A program made the position numbers and the translations under genes. A stretch of 64,000 bases of DNA, taken from NCBI GenBank assembly GCA_033762915.1, contig JANRLD010000032.1:1-64000 (forward strand), given 5' to 3'. Below the pieces are notes generated by a model. It saw only the letters and a list, made by a program, of their open reading frames with translations, was not told the DNA's origin and ran no database searches. This document shows, piece after piece, positions 19,845 through 29,309 of the stretch. The first letter of the stretch is position 1, and each line of letters opens with the position of its first letter. Source of the stretch: Meiothermus sp. (lineage in GTDB: Bacteria; Deinococcota; Deinococci; Deinococcales; Thermaceae).

Positions 19845-21719
19845 CTAGTCGGCAGGCTTGAAATCCGCGTCAATCACGTCGTCGGGCTTGTTGGCGCTGC
19901 TGGGGCCGGTGCTGCTGGTGGTTGGGGCCATGGCGCCCTGCTCGTAGGCCTGCAGCGCCTGGGCCAGCTCTTGCAGGGCAGCGGTCATGTCGGCGTCGGA
20001 GCCGTCGGCATCCACCAGGCCCTTGGCCTTGGCCACGGCGGCCTCGAGGGCGCTTTTGGCCTCGGGGGTGCTCTGCTTCTCGCTCAGGGCGCGCTCGGCC
20101 TGGCCGCGGGCAGCGTCGAGCTGGTTGCGCAGCTCGATGTGCTCCTTGCGCTTGCGGTCGGCCTCGGCGTTGGCCTCGGCCTCCTTCACCATCCGGTCGA
20201 TCTCCTGGTCGGAGAGGGTGGTGGTGTTCTGGATGGTGATGCTGGCTTCCTTACCGGTGGAGTTCTCCTTGGCGGTGACGTGCATGATGCCGTTGGCATC
20301 GATGTCGAAAGTGACCTCGATCTTGGGCATCCCCATCGGCATGGGCGGAAGTCCGTCGAGCTTGAAGCGGCCCAGGCTCTTGTTGTACTGCACCTCGGGG
20401 CGCTCGCCCTGCACCACATGGATCTCGGCCGAGGGCTGGTTGTTCTCGGCGGTGGTGAACTCCTGCTTGCCCTTGGTGGGGATGGTGGTGTTGCGCGGGA
20501 CCACCACCGCTACCACGCCGCCCTTGGTCTCCACGCCCAGCGAGAGCGGGGTCACGTCGAGGAGTACCACGTCCTCCACCGAGCCGGTCAGCACGCCAGC
20601 CTGTACGGCAGCCCCCATCGCCACCACCTCGTCGGGGTTGACGGTGCGGTTGGGCTCCTTGGAAAGCATCTCCTTGACGATCTGCTGCACCGCTGGGACG
20701 CGGGTCGAGCCGCCCACCAACAGCACCTCGTCGATCTGAGCGGCACTCAGGCCCGCGTCGCGCAGGGCCTGCTCGACCGGCTGGCGTACCCGCTTCAGGA
20801 GGGGCTGGATCAGCTCCTCGAACTTGGCCCGGCTGAGGCGGCGCTCGAGGTGCAGGGGGGTCTTGGAGACGGGGTCGAGGCCGATGAAGGGCAGCGAGAT
20901 GGTCGTCTCGGCCACCGCCGAAAGCTCGATCTTGGCCTTCTCGGACGATTCAATCAGGCGCTGGAGGGCCTGGCGGTCGGCCCGCAGGTCCACCCCGCCC
21001 GACTCCTTCTTGAACTCCTCGATCAGCCAGCTCACCACGGCCTGGTCGAAGTCGGAGCCGCCCAGGTGGGTGTCGCCCGCAGTGGAGCGCACCTCGAACA
21101 CACCCTCGTCGATGTCGAGCACGGTCACATCAAACGTACCGCCGCCCAGGTCGAAGACCAGCACGGTCTCCTTGCCCTTCTTCTCCAGCCCGTAGGCCAG
21201 CGCGGCTGCGGTCGGCTCGTTGACAATGCGCAGCACCTCGAGGCCGGCAATCTTGCCGGCGTTGGTGGTGGCCTCGCGCTGGGCGTTGTTGAAGTAGGCG
21301 GGCACGGTGATGACCGCCTTGGTGATCTTCTCGCCCAGCTTCTTGGAGGCGTCGTCGACCAGCTTGCGCAGGATCATGGCCGACAGCTCTTCGGGGGTGT
21401 AGAGCTTGCCTTGCACGTCCACCCGCACGCCGCCGTCCGGCCCCTGCACCACCTTGTAGGGCGAACGCTTAACCTCTTCTTGCACCTCGTCCCAGCGCCG
21501 CCCGATGAAGCGTTTGATCTCGAAGACGGTGCCCTCGGCGTTCAGCACGGCCTGCCGCCGGGCCACCCGGCCCGCGAGTTGCTCGCTGCCCTTGAAGGCC
21601 ACCACGCTGGGGGTGGTGCGCTCGCCCTCGGCGTTCTCGAGCACCACGGGGCTTCCGGCCTCCATGATCGAGATCACGCTGTTGGTGGTTCCCAAGTCAA
21701 TTCCAACGGCCTTTGCCAT
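19845..21719 (-). CDS. dnaK: Molecular chaperone DnaK
   Basis: [24 protein letters not shown] and DVTPLSLG motifs. Confidence 0.99.
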   Translation of the reverse strand: MAKAVGIDLGTTNSVISIMEAGSPVVLENAEGERTTPSVVAFKGSEQLAGRVARRQAVLNAEGTVFEIKRFIGRRWDEVQEEVKRSPYKVVQGPDGGVRVDVQGKLYTPEELSAMILRKLVDDASKKLGEKITKAVITVPAYFNNAQREATTNAGKIAGLEVLRIVNEPTAAALAYGLEKKGKETVLVFDLGGGTFDVTVLDIDEGVFEVRSTAGDTHLGGSDFDQAVVSWLIEEFKKESGGVDLRADRQALQRLIESSEKAKIELSAVAETTISLPFIGLDPVSKTPLHLERRLSRAKFEELIQPLLKRVRQPVEQALRDAGLSAAQIDEVLLVGGSTRVPAVQQIVKEMLSKEPNRTVNPDEVVAMGAAVQAGVLTGSVEDVVLLDVTPLSLGVETKGGVVAVVVPRNTTIPTKGKQEFTTAENNQPSAEIHVVQGERPEVQYNKSLGRFKLDGLPPMPMGMPKIEVTFDIDANGIMHVTAKENSTGKEASITIQNTTTLSDQEIDRMVKEAEANAEADRKRKEHIELRNQLDAARGQAERALSEKQSTPEAKSALEAAVAKAKGLVDADGSDADMTAALQELAQALQAYEQGAMAPTTSSTGPSSANKPDDVIDADFKPAD

Positions 21720-21762
21720 ATATCCTCCGTAGACCGCACTAAAAGCGGCTCACTAGTGGTAT

Positions 21763-21791
21763 ATGATAGCTGTTGGTAGTGAGATAGTCAA
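21763..21791 (-). promoter_or_regulatory. dnaK operon promoter
   Basis: Minus strand TTGACT-17 bp-TATCAT. Confidence 0.75.
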
Positions 21792-21795
21792 TAGA

Positions 21796-21816
21796 GTTGA
21801 GTGTGGTCGTATCAAG
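21796..21816. promoter_or_regulatory. HAIR-like operator (HspR)
   Basis: GTTGAGT-N7-TATCAAG versus consensus CTTGAGT-N7-ACTCAAG; abuts the -35. Confidence 0.6.
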
Positions 21817-21822
21817 TTTGAA

Positions 21823-23070
21823 CTAGAGCTTTAGTCCTGAGTAGCCGCCAACGTTATGCAATGCTCTATTTAAGGCAACGTAATAGTTAGAGTCATGATT
21901 GAAGAAACTTGCTTGACTATATTTGGCGTTATCCAATGCTAAGCGATGGCAATACCCTAATCCACGAAAGGCTCCTGGTACGTAGGCAAAAAAGCGAATT
22001 CTTGCGGATAATCCATTTGGGTATGAATGCATCATCTTTCTTCCACTACTAAAGAGGGTATCTATAGTGTCAAGAAAATTCTCTGCTACGTCGCCAGGTA
22101 TTCCAACCTCGGCTCCCATTCGTTCCAACTCAAAACCTTTTTCAGGTAGATACAACACTCCTCCCCACTTGAATAGGAAATTTTGAAAGAACGGAATAAA
22201 TCGCCCAAGATATAGAGGATATGCTGATAGCGTAGTTATCGTGCTTCTAACCTCAGGAAGAATCTCAGGGGTGGTTACAACAAAGTTGGGATCTTCACGA
22301 TTCACACAATGTATTGCCAGCCTACAGATCGCGTACACATTCATCACTCGATGAAGTAGCTCCAAAAACATCGCTCCTTCGATTTCGTCGTCCTGCGCAG
22401 CCATAGATGAAGCGAGAGCCGTCGTGTTCTTTATTTTTGCTACTTGTTCGGTGACATTTTTGAAGTCATTCTGGTGTGCGTCGAAGGAGGTTTTGACTTG
22501 TTGTAAGGGAGTTTTTTCCAGCCACAACCGTGAAAGTAAAAATCGTTTGTAGTCTTTTAGTAAACTGTTTTGGGTTGTATATCCCATGAGGTAGTCGTAT
22601 ATCAGTTGGGAGGCAATATAACCATTCAACCTTCGAGTTTTCTCATCTCGTTGATTCGCACCCCCCAGGATAGGGAGAGTGAGGTAGGTAAGATTTATCC
22701 TCTCTAACACAGAAACACCTAGCCTACCGGCTAGATCGAGAATGGCTTGTTTTTGGTTGTGTTTACATACCATCAGTAACGAGTCAGGCGGCTCATCAAC
22801 AAGAACACTCAAAGAAGCAAACTGGCGGATTTCCTGCGGTTTTAAGTTGCCGCCTTTGCATTCAACCATCATCCGGGTCTCTCTAAATGGGGTCATTAAC
22901 GATGCGAAAACATCTATTTCCGCTGCCTGCTGACCACCATATTCGATAATCAGCCCACGAAACACTGTGTAACCAATGGATGCAAAGACCGAAGCCGTGA
23001 GCATTTCCAGTTTGTTGCCGCCAATGCCTGCAAGTTGTGGACTCAATGCTGTAGTTGGATCAAGCTGCAT
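21823..23070 (-). CDS. Low-GC protein with an N-terminal Mrr-like PD-(D/E)XK endonuclease domain and an unknown helical C-terminus
   Basis: E..(F)..IGY.V...EIDVFA...MVECKG motif; AT-rich islet. Confidence 0.7.
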   Translation of the reverse strand: MQLDPTTALSPQLAGIGGNKLEMLTASVFASIGYTVFRGLIIEYGGQQAAEIDVFASLMTPFRETRMMVECKGGNLKPQEIRQFASLSVLVDEPPDSLLMVCKHNQKQAILDLAGRLGVSVLERINLTYLTLPILGGANQRDEKTRRLNGYIASQLIYDYLMGYTTQNSLLKDYKRFLLSRLWLEKTPLQQVKTSFDAHQNDFKNVTEQVAKIKNTTALASSMAAQDDEIEGAMFLELLHRVMNVYAICRLAIHCVNREDPNFVVTTPEILPEVRSTITTLSAYPLYLGRFIPFFQNFLFKWGGVLYLPEKGFELERMGAEVGIPGDVAENFLDTIDTLFSSGRKMMHSYPNGLSARIRFFAYVPGAFRGLGYCHRLALDNAKYSQASFFNHDSNYYVALNRALHNVGGYSGLKL

Positions 23071-23309
23071 AGTACACATGATAGGAGAAGTGACGTTGTA
23101 AATGCGTTGAATATGCGCTCCCCCTGATTCACTTGGGCCTCTTTCCCTTGCCAATACGCCCTACAATTTTCCCATCGCCAAGCCCATCATCCTCGAGCAA
23201 TACACAGGGTCGGTTACCCAAACTGGGGCGAACGCGGCTTCATTCGTGGAGAAGGTGCGCGAGATGGGGAAAGCAGGAGTTTTATCTCTGGCCTCGAGGC
23301 CCGCACAGC

Positions 23310-23807
23310 TCAGGGAATGACTTCGAAGGCGATGTTGCGGCTTGCACTGCCCCGCACCACCACTGCCCGGATGGCCTGGGGACCGGTGGGCGCGCCCTTG
23401 GGCACCTGCACCTCGAATACCAGCTCGACCCCGGAGTGGTAGGAGACGCTGTCCGGGTCGACCGCAACCACCCGCCGCCAGTTGTTGGCGCTGGCCAGGC
23501 TGACCTTCCAGCCCTCGGGGGCGGCGATGTTGTGGGTGAAGAAGTCGCCTCGAGCGCTGCGGTCTATCCGCCCCACGGCGGCGTCCGAGAAGGTGAGGCC
23601 CTGGCCCAGCTCGGCGCCGCTGAGCCCGAAGAAGAAGCCGAAGATTACCACCGAGACGTAGCGGGTCTCGCCGGCCTGAACCTTCACCGGCGCCACGTCG
23701 TACTCCAGCGGGTTGCTCGGCGAGCTGCCCAGTTGTACCGGTGCGCAGGCGCTCAACCCCAGACTCAAAGCCAATACCACAACCGCGAATGTGCCCCTCG
23801 AGTTCAT
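23310..23807 (-). CDS. Lipoprotein, function unknown
   Basis: LGLSAC lipobox. Confidence 0.75.
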   Translation of the reverse strand: MNSRGTFAVVVLALSLGLSACAPVQLGSSPSNPLEYDVAPVKVQAGETRYVSVVIFGFFFGLSGAELGQGLTFSDAAVGRIDRSARGDFFTHNIAAPEGWKVSLASANNWRRVVAVDPDSVSYHSGVELVFEVQVPKGAPTGPQAIRAVVVRGSASRNIAFEVIP

Positions 23808-23919
23808 CTGTCCCCCCTCATCCAAGGTACATACCTCACCCAGCGGGGTTCAAGACTCGAGGCCCCACCGGTAACGCTAGACACGCCTTGTTACCCGTTT
23901 TTCTGGGGCTGTCACGGGC

Positions 23920-24068
23920 CAGTTGCGCCCCCGCACAAGGGTCAAGTCACGGGGTTTTCTGCCCGGCTCCAGAGCAGCTTGCTGGTCTCAGAGCGGTTAC
24001 CACGCACACGCGGTACGGCGGTTGTTGCCAGACCGAGTGCAATACTCTGCTTTAGCGCACGCTTTAGC
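23920..24068 (-). repeat. Highly degenerate copy of the dispersed repeat
   Basis: Reverse complement starts CTAAAGCGT and ends GGGCGCAACT. Confidence 0.4.
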
Positions 24069-24104
24069 GCAGCATTGTGGGCGGAGTATGGGTGGTAAAC
24101 GCGA

Positions 24105-24896
24105 TCAGTCCACCGCCTCGAACCAGCGCCCCATCCCGTAGGGCGCGTACCCTGCCTGCACGAAGTACAGGCCCTGGGGGGGCGCGGTGGCCCCGGCCTC
24201 GGGGCGGGTGCCGCCCTCGAGCAGCTCTCGGATGCTGTCGCTGTCGCGCTTGCCCAGACCCACCTCGACCAGCGTCCCCACCATGCTGCGCACCTGGTTG
24301 CGCACAAAGCCCGAGCCCACAAACTCCAGCCAGACCTCGCGCCCGCCCACGCCGTCCTGGGCGGGCCAGACCTCGAGGTGGGCGCGGTAGATCTGGCGCA
24401 CCGTGCCGCGCTCCTCCTTGACCGCGAAGGCTTTGAAGTCGTGGGTGCCCACCAGAAATTCCAGGGCGTGGCGCATGGGGATCAGGTTGAGCGACTGGGG
24501 CATCCACCAGACCCGGTGGCGATCCAGGGCCGGGGGCATCCGGCGCAGCAGGATGCGGTAGCGGTACTCGCGCCAGTGGCAGCTCTTGCGGGCGTGGAAG
24601 TCTGGGGCGGCCTCCTCGGCGTGCAGGGCGCGGATGTCGGGGGGCAGCAGGGAGTTCAGGGCGAAGGGGATTTTCTCGGGCGGGATGGTGTCGGCGCTGT
24701 CGTAGTGGACCGGCATGGCCAGGGCGTGGACGCCGGTGTCGGTGCGCCCGCAGGCCCAGATTTTGGGCTGCGCGCCGGGGATGCGGGCCAGGGCGCGCTC
24801 GAGTTCGCTCTGCACGGTGCGCTCACCCTGCCCCTGCATCTGTAGACCGGCGAACTGGGTTCCGTCGTACTCAATGATCAGCTTGATTCGTCTCAT
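24105..24896 (-). CDS. truA: tRNA pseudouridine(38-40) synthase
   Basis: YDGTQFAG, GRTDTGVHA, FHAR, HDFKAF and TAPPQGL motifs. Confidence 0.97.
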   Translation of the reverse strand: MRRIKLIIEYDGTQFAGLQMQGQGERTVQSELERALARIPGAQPKIWACGRTDTGVHALAMPVHYDSADTIPPEKIPFALNSLLPPDIRALHAEEAAPDFHARKSCHWREYRYRILLRRMPPALDRHRVWWMPQSLNLIPMRHALEFLVGTHDFKAFAVKEERGTVRQIYRAHLEVWPAQDGVGGREVWLEFVGSGFVRNQVRSMVGTLVEVGLGKRDSDSIRELLEGGTRPEAGATAPPQGLYFVQAGYAPYGMGRWFEAVD

Positions 24897-24974
24897 GGAG
24901 CGTTGGGTCTCGTAAGTAGCTACGGTGGGTCGGATGGGCCAGCGAATCGGTCGGGATCAACGCGGATTGGGCAA

Positions 24975-25099
24975 TAGGGGTCTCGACGGCTGAAGTGCGA
25001 GACGCCGCCCGGGAAGGCCGGTGGGCAATTGCGCCCGTGCTTACACCGGGGCACGCGACTATCGCCTCCGCCGGAAGTGCAAAGACCCTGGCGCAACTT
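24975..25099 (+). repeat. Degenerate copy of the dispersed repeat
   Basis: GTCTCGACGGCTGAAGTGCGAGACGCCGCC...GGGCAATTGCGCCC...CCCTGGCGCAACTT. Confidence 0.6.
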
Positions 25100-25485
25100 A
25101 AACCTCTGTAGCATACAGGCTGAGGGGCGGTTAGGCTATCGGCCGCTCGAGCCGCGGTGTGTGGCATTGCCAGCTAGGGACGAATCCTTGCGGGCTGCCG
25201 CGGTCGGTCTGGGGCCAGGGTGTCGGGACCCTGGCGGTATCCCGAGAAGTCGCCCAAAGCCCGCACCCGACGGCTGCCTCCGTGGCGCAGGGGCCTGCCG
25301 CCTAAGCAACCCTTAACCTTCCCACCATAATGGCTTCACGTCCTTCAAACGGCCTGTGTAAAAGCTAAGAATACCTCCAGCGTTACCCTAGTTATCTCGA
25401 GCTCGTAATCGGGGCATGTTTAGGGCGTTACCCTTGTGAAGCCGTCACGATACCCTCAAAACATAGGCGATAATCGGAGCTAGGC

Positions 25486-26739
25486 ATGGTCCCCTCTCCG
25501 ATTCGTCGTCTACTCAACAACCGCATTGCCCAGAATGCCGCCGCGCTCTACGCGGTGCAGCTGTTTTCCACGCTGCTGCCACTGGTCTCGATCCCCATCC
25601 TGACGCGCATCCTCGGGCCGGAGAGCATGGGCTTTCTGGGCTTCGGGCAGAGCTTTGCCAACTGGCTGGCGGTGGTGGGGGAGTACGGCTTCAACTACTC
25701 GGCCACTCGCTCCATCGCCCGCCAGCGCGACAACGCCAACGCGGTGGCGGGCATCGTGATGAGCATCATCGGGGCCAAGCTGCTGCTGGTGCTGGGGATG
25801 TTCTTGGTCACGGTGGTGGGGCTGCTGGCGATTCCCATCTTTAGGGAGCAGAACGCCCTGGCCTTCTGGGCCCTGGGGATCGCGGTGGCGGCGGCGCTCA
25901 ACCCGCTGTGGTACTTCCAGGCCATCGAGCGGGCCTGGTTCATGGCAGTGCTCGAGTTCGTGGCCCGCATCCTGCACCTGTTGGGGATTATCCTGTTCGT
26001 GCGCGACCCCCAGGACGCCTGGGTGGCGCTGGCCGCGCAGGCCGTCACCGCGCTGTTCACGGCGAGCATCGGGCTCTACCTGATGTACCGCGAGGTGCCC
26101 TTCAAGATGCCCACCCTGCCCCTCAGCGTCGTGGCCCTGCGGGTGAGCTGGAGCCTCTTCCTGGCCCGGGCCGCCGACAGCTTCTACGTCTCGGCCAACG
26201 GGATGATCCTGGGGCTGCTGAGCGTGCCCGCCCAGATCGGTTTCTTCAGCAGCGCCGAGCGGCTGGTGCGCCCCGGCCTCTCCTTCTTGTTCCCGCTGGC
26301 CCAGGCCATCTACCCCCGCATCAACAACCTGATGAAGCGCGACGAGCAGGCTGCCACCCGGCTGAGCTGGCTGGCCCTGCTGGCCACCACCGGCCTGGGC
26401 TTCGCGGGCGGGATGATGCTGTTCCTGGTGGCCCCCTGGGTGGTGCCCTGGCTGCTGGGCGACCAGTTCCACGACTCGGTGCCGGTCGTGCAGGTGCTGA
26501 GTCTGTTGCTCCCCATCGTGGGCTTCGGCTTCTCGCTGTCCATGCAGTACATGTTCCCCCGCCGGATGGACCGGGAGGTGACCTTCTCGGTGCTGATCGC
26601 GGCCTCGGTGAACGTCGTCCTGGCGATCCTGCTGGCCCCCCGGATGGGCGCGATGGGGATGGCCATCGCGGTGGTCTCGGCGGAGGCCAGCGCCGCGCTC
26701 ACCCGTTTCGTGATCCTCAAGCTGCGCAGGGTATTGTAG
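25486..26739 (+). CDS. wzx: Oligosaccharide flippase (Wzx family)
   Basis: About 12 TM segments; PLVSIPILTRILGP, EYGFNYSATR and WYFQAIE motifs. Confidence 0.9.
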   Translation: MVPSPIRRLLNNRIAQNAAALYAVQLFSTLLPLVSIPILTRILGPESMGFLGFGQSFANWLAVVGEYGFNYSATRSIARQRDNANAVAGIVMSIIGAKLLLVLGMFLVTVVGLLAIPIFREQNALAFWALGIAVAAALNPLWYFQAIERAWFMAVLEFVARILHLLGIILFVRDPQDAWVALAAQAVTALFTASIGLYLMYREVPFKMPTLPLSVVALRVSWSLFLARAADSFYVSANGMILGLLSVPAQIGFFSSAERLVRPGLSFLFPLAQAIYPRINNLMKRDEQAATRLSWLALLATTGLGFAGGMMLFLVAPWVVPWLLGDQFHDSVPVVQVLSLLLPIVGFGFSLSMQYMFPRRMDREVTFSVLIAASVNVVLAILLAPRMGAMGMAIAVVSAEASAALTRFVILKLRRVL

Positions 26740-26803
26740 GGCTCGTTTGGCGTCAATGACCGGATTCACTCAGAAAAATAGGTAAGAATAGATTGGAGTG
26801 CGG

Positions 26804-28042
26804 ATGAAGCGGACAAAGGTCTTGTTCTACTTACCGGTGCTAGGCACGGGCGGGGTCGAGCGGGTGGTGCAGTACCTCGCGAGCGGCCTGGCGGACCGCT
26901 ACGACCTCGTGATCGCTGGGCAGGGCGCGGACATGGAAAACCACATGCTGCGCCAGGCCAAGCTGCCGCCAGGCGTGGTGCTGCTCGAGGCCCCACTGGG
27001 CAAAGCCAGCATGAAGCACCGGGCCGTACTGCAGAACGTGGACAAGCTGCTCAGGATCATCGCCGAGCACCAGCCCGACGTGATCATGACCGCCTGGCCC
27101 AGGGTTCACCTGACCACCGGGATCGCCCTCAGCAGGCTCCCCGCCGGGAAGCGACCCAAGTGGGTGCTGGCCGAGCACAACGAGATCCAGAACTACCTCG
27201 GCACCGGGATTATCGCCCGCCTCAAAGCCATTGCCCTGCGCCATTTCTGCGCAAAGGCCGACGTGTACCTGGCGGTCTCCGAGAAGGTCGCCAAACTCTC
27301 CGCTGAGGTCTACGGTCACCCGTTCCGGGTTATCTACAACCCCGCCGTCAACCCCGAGATCGAGCGGCGTTCGCTCGAGCCCGTGGACCACCCCTGGTTC
27401 CAGGGCGACACCCCGACCGTGCTCTCGGTGGGCCGGATGCAGGAGATGAAGGACTTCCCCACCCTGGTGCGGGCCTTCAAGCGGGTAAGCGAGAAGATGC
27501 CTGCCGCCCGGCTGGCCATTCTGGGCGAGGGCGAGCTGCGGGGTCAGCTCGAGGCCCTCGTCGCCGAACTCGGCCTGGGCGATAAGGTCTGGCTCCCTGG
27601 CTTCGACCCCAACCCCTACAAGTACATGCGCCGTGCCACCGTCTTCACCATGTCCTCGGCCTTCGGCGAGGCCTCGCCCCTGGTCTTGTCGGAGGCCATG
27701 TTCCTGGGCAAGCCGGTGGTGCTTACCAGCTTCGCCACCGCCCCTGAGTTTATCCACTCTGGCCAGGACGGCCTCCTGGTACGTGTCGGCGACCCCGAAG
27801 ACCTCGCGAAGGGGCTCCTGGAGATCCTGCAGACCCCCGAGCTGAGGGGGCGCCTCGGCCAGCAGGCCAGGGCCAAGGTCAAAGAACGCTTCTCGATCGA
27901 GCGCGCCGTGGCAAACTACGACAAGCTGTTCGCGGGGCTGCTTCCGCTGCGCGCGGAGGAAAGAGCCAGGAGGACAGAGGAAAGGGGGGGCGAAAAGCTG
28001 TCGGGCGTCAGCCCTCAGCCCAAGGTCGAAACCAAGTCCTGA
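26804..28042 (+). CDS. GT4 glycosyltransferase
   Basis: GGVERV, VGR...KDF and LSEAMFLGKPVV motifs. Confidence 0.9.
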   Translation: MKRTKVLFYLPVLGTGGVERVVQYLASGLADRYDLVIAGQGADMENHMLRQAKLPPGVVLLEAPLGKASMKHRAVLQNVDKLLRIIAEHQPDVIMTAWPRVHLTTGIALSRLPAGKRPKWVLAEHNEIQNYLGTGIIARLKAIALRHFCAKADVYLAVSEKVAKLSAEVYGHPFRVIYNPAVNPEIERRSLEPVDHPWFQGDTPTVLSVGRMQEMKDFPTLVRAFKRVSEKMPAARLAILGEGELRGQLEALVAELGLGDKVWLPGFDPNPYKYMRRATVFTMSSAFGEASPLVLSEAMFLGKPVVLTSFATAPEFIHSGQDGLLVRVGDPEDLAKGLLEILQTPELRGRLGQQARAKVKERFSIERAVANYDKLFAGLLPLRAEERARRTEERGGEKLSGVSPQPKVETKS

Positions 28043-28090
28043 GGCTTCCGAACCCCGATCTCCTGGTCGCCCAACCCGTTCCTAACCTCT

Positions 28091-29194
28091 ATGAGCACCG
28101 AGAAGTTCGCAATCTACCTCCCCTCCCTCGCCGGGGGCGGGGCTGAGCGCTCGATGGTCAATCTGGCTATCGGGATGGCCCAGCAGCCGGGCGTGCAGGT
28201 GGATCTGGTGCTGGCCGAGGCCAGCGGGCCGTACCTGAAGAGCGTGCCGCCCTCGATTCGCATCGTCGACCTCAAGGCTGGGCGGGTGCTGCAGAGCCTG
28301 ATGCCGCTTGCCGGCTACCTGCGCCGGGAGAAGCCCAAGGGCATTGTGGCAGCGATGGATCACGCCAACCTGGTGGCGCTGTGGGCCAAGCGGCTGGCGG
28401 GCGGGACGACCAACGTGGCGGTGTGTATGCAGAACACCGTCAGCCAGGACGCCCACAACGCCGCCAATACCCGTGGGCGCTTCATCCCCGCCGCCACCAA
28501 GTGGTTCTACCCCTGGGCCACCGGGGTGGTGGGGGTCTCGCAGGGCGTGGTTGACGACTTCGTGAAACTGACGGGGGTCAGAAAGAACGTGATGGTCATC
28601 CACAACCCGGTGGTGACGCCCGAGCTGGAGAGCCGCGCCGAGGAGCCCGTAGACCACCCCTGGCTGCAGGCGGGCCAGAAGCCGGTGCTGATGGGGGTGG
28701 GCCGCCTGACCAAGCAGAAGGACTTCCCCAATCTGATCAACGCATTCGCGGAAGTTCGCCGGCAGCACGACGTGCGCCTGATGATCCTGGGTGAGGGCGA
28801 GTTGCGGGGAGAGCTCGAGCAACTGGTCTCGAGCCTGGGCCTGGGGGAGCATGTGGCCCTCCCCGGCTTCGCCCCCAACCCCTACGCCTACATGAAGCGC
28901 GCCCGAATGTTCGTACTCAGTAGCCTCTGGGAGGGCCTGCCCACCGTGCTGATCGAGGCCATGGCGGTGGGGACGCCCGTGGTCGCCACCGACTGCCCCA
29001 GCGGCCCCCAGGAAATTCTGCGCGGCGGCAAGCTGGGTCGCCTGGTCCCGATCTCCAACCATAAAGCCCTGGCCGAGGCGATCTCAAAAACGCTGATGGA
29101 GCCCCGCCAGCCCCCCAACCCCGACCACTACCGCGACTACACCCAGGCGGTGGTTACGGAGAAGTACCTCAAGCTGTTGCGGGGTGGGTTATGA
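28091..29194 (+). CDS. GT4 glycosyltransferase
   Basis: GGAERS and WEGLPTVLIEAMAVGTPVVATDCPSGP motifs. Confidence 0.92.
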   Translation: MSTEKFAIYLPSLAGGGAERSMVNLAIGMAQQPGVQVDLVLAEASGPYLKSVPPSIRIVDLKAGRVLQSLMPLAGYLRREKPKGIVAAMDHANLVALWAKRLAGGTTNVAVCMQNTVSQDAHNAANTRGRFIPAATKWFYPWATGVVGVSQGVVDDFVKLTGVRKNVMVIHNPVVTPELESRAEEPVDHPWLQAGQKPVLMGVGRLTKQKDFPNLINAFAEVRRQHDVRLMILGEGELRGELEQLVSSLGLGEHVALPGFAPNPYAYMKRARMFVLSSLWEGLPTVLIEAMAVGTPVVATDCPSGPQEILRGGKLGRLVPISNHKALAEAISKTLMEPRQPPNPDHYRDYTQAVVTEKYLKLLRGGL

Positions 29195-29309
29195 GCGCAA
29201 AGGCTTTTGGCGGGCGGCGTGTGGCGGGCCTGGTGTCTCTTTCCGCTTTCGGCTTTCCCCCTTCTTTGCCGCCCGCCCGCCATCCCCTGCCCGCCTCCGA
29301 AGGAGATCC

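Noticed and set aside
19707..21779. Long antisense ORFs (also 4959-6584, 41540-43237, 53208-54821 and others)
   Set aside because: Shadow frames expected from high-GC3 codon bias opposite well-supported genes.
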